DNA of 39,047 bases from Callorhinchus milii. Its lineage: Eukaryota. Made by a program: the position numbers and the translations under genes. Each line of letters starts with the position of its first letter. Positions within the stretch are counted from its first letter, which is position 1. This document shows, piece by piece, positions 34,495 through 39,047 of this stretch. The stretch covers positions 1 to 39,047 of the forward strand of contig NW_024705501.1 in assembly GCF_018977255.1 (NCBI RefSeq). The letters run 5' to 3'. The notes beneath the pieces were generated by a model. That model made no database searches. It saw nothing but the letters and a program-made list of their open reading frames with translations, and was not told the DNA's origin.

Positions 34495-35245
34495 AGGCAA
34501 GTGCTCAGGAGCACTCCGTTCCTCACACACTGCCTATCGGCATCAAGTCCTGGATGAGAGCTAAACTTTTCTGCTTGACGGTCAACAATTTCGAGGCCCT
34601 GCTGTTTGGTTCCCGTCAACGCCTCTGCAACTCGGGCGCAGAAAGCATCAACCTTCTTGGATGCACTCTGTATCTCACGGAGCCAATATTGAACTCGGCG
34701 TCCTTTTCGACCCACAACTATCCTTTATAACACGCATTCGTGCCACGAACAGCTACTACTTTCCCTATTTCGGACACATTGCCTTTCTGCAACATGATCT
34801 CTCATCACAGACCACCGAGATCCTCATCCACGTTTCCATCACATACAGGAATCGACGACGAAAACTTGGTGACCCCCGCATATCCTTACTAAACAGGCTG
34901 CAAGTCTCCCAGAACTCTACAAACTGTGTCCTCCAATCCTCGCATTGCTTCACTGGCACCACTTAACTCAGAGGATACAGTTCAATATCATGATCCTCAC
35001 TTTCAATGTCCTCCACAGCCTTGCTCCCACTTGCTCTGTTACCCGCTAACTTCTGCCAATCATTTCACTGCCTTAGCTCAGTGGGCTACAGCTTGCTTCA
35101 TCTCACACACTTTGCCCGCACCATTATTGTGGAGATTACCTTAAGCCTCTCTACCCCCACTACCACTCAATCGGGCCCGCTTTCTTGGCTCATTCAAGAC
35201 CCGTCTCAAGTTTCTCCTCTTCAAGCGTTTCTTCGGTCACCGTAA
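34495..35245 (+). mobile_element. Old L2 LINE 3' fragment
   Basis: CLSASSPG/KSWMRA region, LGVLFDPQLSF, RLQVSQNS; many indels. Confidence 0.8.
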
Positions 35246-35489
35246 CCGAGATTTTCTACAGGTTATTTAATCCATCTGCAAGCTCCCCCCATGATACAAC
35301 AAGCACTGATTTCAGCCAGCATCCTCTCATGTGGTCTTCATGAAAGCATTTCGGGAAATTGAAATACACTCTATGCACTACATTTCAATTGTCTACTTCT
35401 GTTGCATCCCAGATAATTCCTTAAGTTTTGTCAACAAGAAATTCTTTTTAATATCCATAATGGCTATTGCTAAAAACATATCCTGCTCC

Positions 35490-35585
35490 AGATATAATAA
35501 TAATAAAATAATAATAATAGCAACAACAATAAAACAATAAGAACAATAATAATGATAATAATAAAAATAATAATTCTCATAATTA
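35490..35585. repeat. (AAT)n/(AAC)n microsatellite
   Basis: Direct inspection. Confidence 0.8.
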
Positions 35586-36559
35586 AGATAAGGCAATTCA
35601 CTCAACCGCTGGGCAGGGCAGGGGCAGAGGAACATTGAACCTGGAAGTTACGAACTGAGGCTGGCAATTTGGCTGAGGTCGTAGAAAATGACCTTTACTC
35701 CCTCCAGTCAGCGGACTCCGGCCTGATCCAATTCCTCCGCTTCACTAAAGGCAGTCTGGCCTGCAGCCTGTTTGACCCCCATCCTTTGGACTCTACCACA
35801 CAGTACCATCAACTTGCCCCCTACTTTATCTCGTTGAAGGCCGTCTGAAGATCCTCTTCTTCGGTCGCTACTTCGGCCACTCTCTTATATCTACCAACCC
35901 TCCACCCACACCTCCTAAACTCAAAATCGTCCACAGATCCAAATCCATGTCTGTCCATCGCAATGGGATATCCTACAGACGTAGAAAGCGCTTTACATAT
36001 GTAAATTGTCGGTGATGTTTTCAAGTGGGTTGGCCTTTTGTGTTTTGGGCGCAGTGGAAATGCACACGACGAGATTAGGAGCAGAGGATCAAACGATCGA
36101 GATTAGGATCCGAGGATCAAAGGATCAGTGTAGCTTTGTCAGCCCAGTGAAGTCAGAAGCCAAATTTGTGGACCAATAATGGACAAGGAAGCCAAATTGT
36201 TTGAACAATTAAATGAACCGTTGTGAAACAACGTTGTCAACGCTTCCTTTGCAATGTGCGTGTCTGGTAAACAGCAAATATTGGTTTCAAAACCCAACGT
36301 TGATTTGCTGAATATCATAACATCTCAAATATTGGCACTCACTACTGTGACCGCATGATGAATCAGAACATCTTGGGTTGTCATTAAATCGGCATGTTCT
36401 ATGTTTATGAGAAACAATCAACCACATTGCGGTGAACAGCTCTTAACTTGTTTCACTCATTTTGCTATCTTTCTCGTAAAAGTGTAAACTGATATCGGTT
36501 GCACTCGGCAAGTTTATCTCGCTATCGAGCTACACAGTTATATAGCTACCGGCCCAACT

Positions 36560-37335
36560 CAAACCTCCTTTCCTATCCAAGGGCCTTGAGAGAGACGTTG
36601 TCTCCGAGGTTCCACAGCATGGAAACTGCTCTTGTCAAAGTCACAAACGGCAACTTGAGAATGTTTGACCAGGGCTCTCTCTGCCTCCTCTTCCTCCTCG
36701 AGCTCTCAGCCTCCTTTGACGCCGTGGACCACTCAATCCAACACCACCGCCTCGCCTGCCACCTCATTCTTCAAACTTCTGTCCTTGACTGGTTCAGGTA
36801 TTACCGTTCGCACCGCCTCAATTTCGTCGAGACAAAACGGCTTTTCCTCCAACCCCGCACCGTGTCGTGCGATGTTCATCAGGTATGTGTCCTCGGAAAA
36901 GCCTGTCCGATTTTGAGTTCAAGAACCTCGTCCTCACTTTTAAAATCATCCATGGCGTTGCCGCCTCCTAACTTTCTGACCTGCTGGCTCCCAACAAAAC
37001 TGCCCGCTCCCTCCATTCATCGGGCTCCGCCCTGCTCCATGTCTCCCGCCCAACCCGCCCTACCATCGGTGTCCAGGCATTCAGCCTCTCTGCCCCCACA
37101 CCCTGGAACCCCATCCCAATTTCCCTTCGCCTAGATTCCTCTCTTGCCTCCTTCAATGCCGTTCTCAAGTCCCTTCTCTTCGACCGTTCCTTTGGTCTCT
37201 CTCCCATCTTTCTGGCTTCGCTCAGCTCTACGCTACTCCTGAACCATATTCGGGCCCCGACATCTGACTGCTTGGCGCTTTGGGACGTCCTCCTCATCGG
37301 CGTTCTATAGATGTAATTTTGTTGCTGTTGTTGAC
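36560..37335 (+). mobile_element. L2 LINE fragment, internally deleted, with 3' tail
   Basis: FHSMETALVKVTN...LLELSASFDAVDHSI; tail ggcgctttgggacgtcctcct...ctatagatgtaattttgttgctgttgttg. Confidence 0.85.
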
Positions 37336-37339
37336 GCAA

Positions 37340-37560
37340 CACTCTTTCTTTCAGTCTCTCTCATACTGTGTTTTTAATACATTTTTTCTCTCTCAGTCAC
37401 TCTTTGTCTATCACACTGAGTCTCGCTTTCTCCTTCTTTGGCTCTCACACTCTCACTCTGTCTGTTTCCCTCTGTGTCTCTCACACTGGCAATAACCTCA
37501 AACTCTGTGTCTCTCGCAATTTTACTCGGGATTCTCTCTTTCGCTCTCTCATTTCTCGCT
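37340..37560. repeat. CT-rich low-complexity tract
   Basis: Degenerate (CT)n. Confidence 0.6.
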
Positions 37561-38511
37561 AATATTGGGAAAGCATATTCTCAATGTGCTGGTGTCTGTA
37601 TCATCCCAATTTAAGCTGTATGAATTGGACATGGTGTCAAACGGCAAAGGCTGACGTGCAGCTCAACCACTGCTATGCTGTAAGCCGAGCAACGTTGCCG
37701 GATATAAAGTACAAACCACAAAATTCTCCCTGCAAAATGGCTCCAACAGTTACCCACAGAGGAAGAACAACAACAGAAGGTAACGCCAGAGTGCCCATAG
37801 AGCTTATTTTTCGCCAAAAGTCTCATTACAGAAACCCACTTCGAATCTGCCCTGTGCTTTTGCATTTGATATCGTGTCTTATCACGGATTCGAGATGTCT
37901 CAAAATGCTTCACAAGATATTATGTAAAGTGAAGTAATTGTTTTTTGGGTGAAAAACAGCTTTATTGTAGCACATGTACAGTTTTGTGGGTGGTAACTCT
38001 GTGCAATTGGATGCTTTGTTTCACCTATAAAATATAGAGTCAATCCGGCATGGAGTGAGCTGTGTAAATGAAAGTTGGTTTTGATTTATACGACTGTCAC
38101 TGACAATAATAAGGAAATACATTACTGATACTGATATATAAATATACTGACCTAACATAATAATATATTAACAGCAACAATGATAAAACAAATTAACTTA
38201 TAACAATTACAATAATATAATAAATCAGCAATATAATAGAGATTTTCGGCCACAATGGGCAACGTCTCAGAGAGAGAGTTACCAGGGAGGTAGTGGGCAG
38301 ACCTCTCACTCTTCTGTCAATCACATGTCATCATGGAATCAATGATCAGACCTTTCTCTTTCCTATCAATCGCTAGTTACCAGGGAGAGAGTTGGCTTGT
38401 CCCTGTCAGTGAAGGAGAGGAGACATTCTGACGTCCCTTGAGGGCGGAAGATAGGAGCGGGGCATCTCGGTGAAGTTACTTGAGGGTGAGCGAAGGAGTG
38501 AGGCTTGCTGG

Positions 38512-38729
38512 CGTAATCATCCCTCCAAAACAAAACAATAATAAATTGGTCATTTTCAATCCATGACTGTTTCTGGGACATTGCTGTGCGCAATTGGCTG
38601 CCGCGTTCCCCCACAAATATACAGTCAATTCACTTTACAGTATATTCTGTGAATCGCTTTGGGACGTCTAGAAGACGTGAAAAGCGCTACATCAAATGCA
38701 AGGATTATTATTATTATTACTATTATTAT
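38512..38729 (+). mobile_element. SINE lacking its tRNA head
   Basis: Matches the 3' two-thirds of the 19059 and 33686 copies, with a (TTA)n tail. Confidence 0.85.
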
Positions 38730-38835
38730 CGTCACATAAACGTGGGGGAGAGGAGAGCGTCTGATACACAGCGAGAAGCTGTGCCGTACAAAATCACGGC
38801 CACCAGAGTCAAGCTGTACCTTACAGCCTGTTTCA

Positions 38836-39047
38836 CTCTCTCACACACACACACACACACACAGCGGCAGAGAGAGAGAAAGATAGCGAGTGAGAGAGAG
38901 AGAGCAGGAGAGTGGGTGAGTTTGTGAGAGAGACAAAGAAATAGTAAAAGTGAGTGAGACAGAGAGAGTGAGTGTGAGAGGAAGAGAGAGCGTGAGTGTG
39001 TGTGACAGAGAGAGAGAGCGAGAGAGAGAGAAGGGGGGAAGGAGGGA
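38836..39047. repeat. (CA)n / (GA)n microsatellite tract
   Basis: Direct inspection. Confidence 0.8.

Overview
Eukaryotic genomic DNA from a cartilaginous fish, probably a holocephalan or shark. This is inferred from Deu-domain tRNA-SINEs with L2 tails, CR1/L2 LINEs and multi-copy GPR139-like receptors. The window holds three paralogous GPR139/GPR142-like class A GPCR loci. One is intact (exons 13924-13993 and 16938-17863, GC-AG intron, 331 aa). One lies on the minus strand with a single +1 frameshift (exons 30975-30906 and 28544-27633). One is a 3' half (about 2665-3189) fused directly to a 2.6-kb GT-rich minisatellite. Between the first two loci lies a decaying tRNA cluster: Thr-CGT, Phe-GAA, Pro-TGG with a 19-nt insertion at the canonical intron site, Thr-AGT and Ile. 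Next to it is a hidden immunoglobulin heavy-chain-type V pseudogene (leader exon, intron and FR1/CDR1) cut off by a CR1 LINE. The rest is LINE/SINE debris, one young L2 fragment, 22-bp and 26-bp minisatellites and simple repeats. Most listed ORFs are repeat-derived artefacts. No CRISPR array or prokaryotic system is present.
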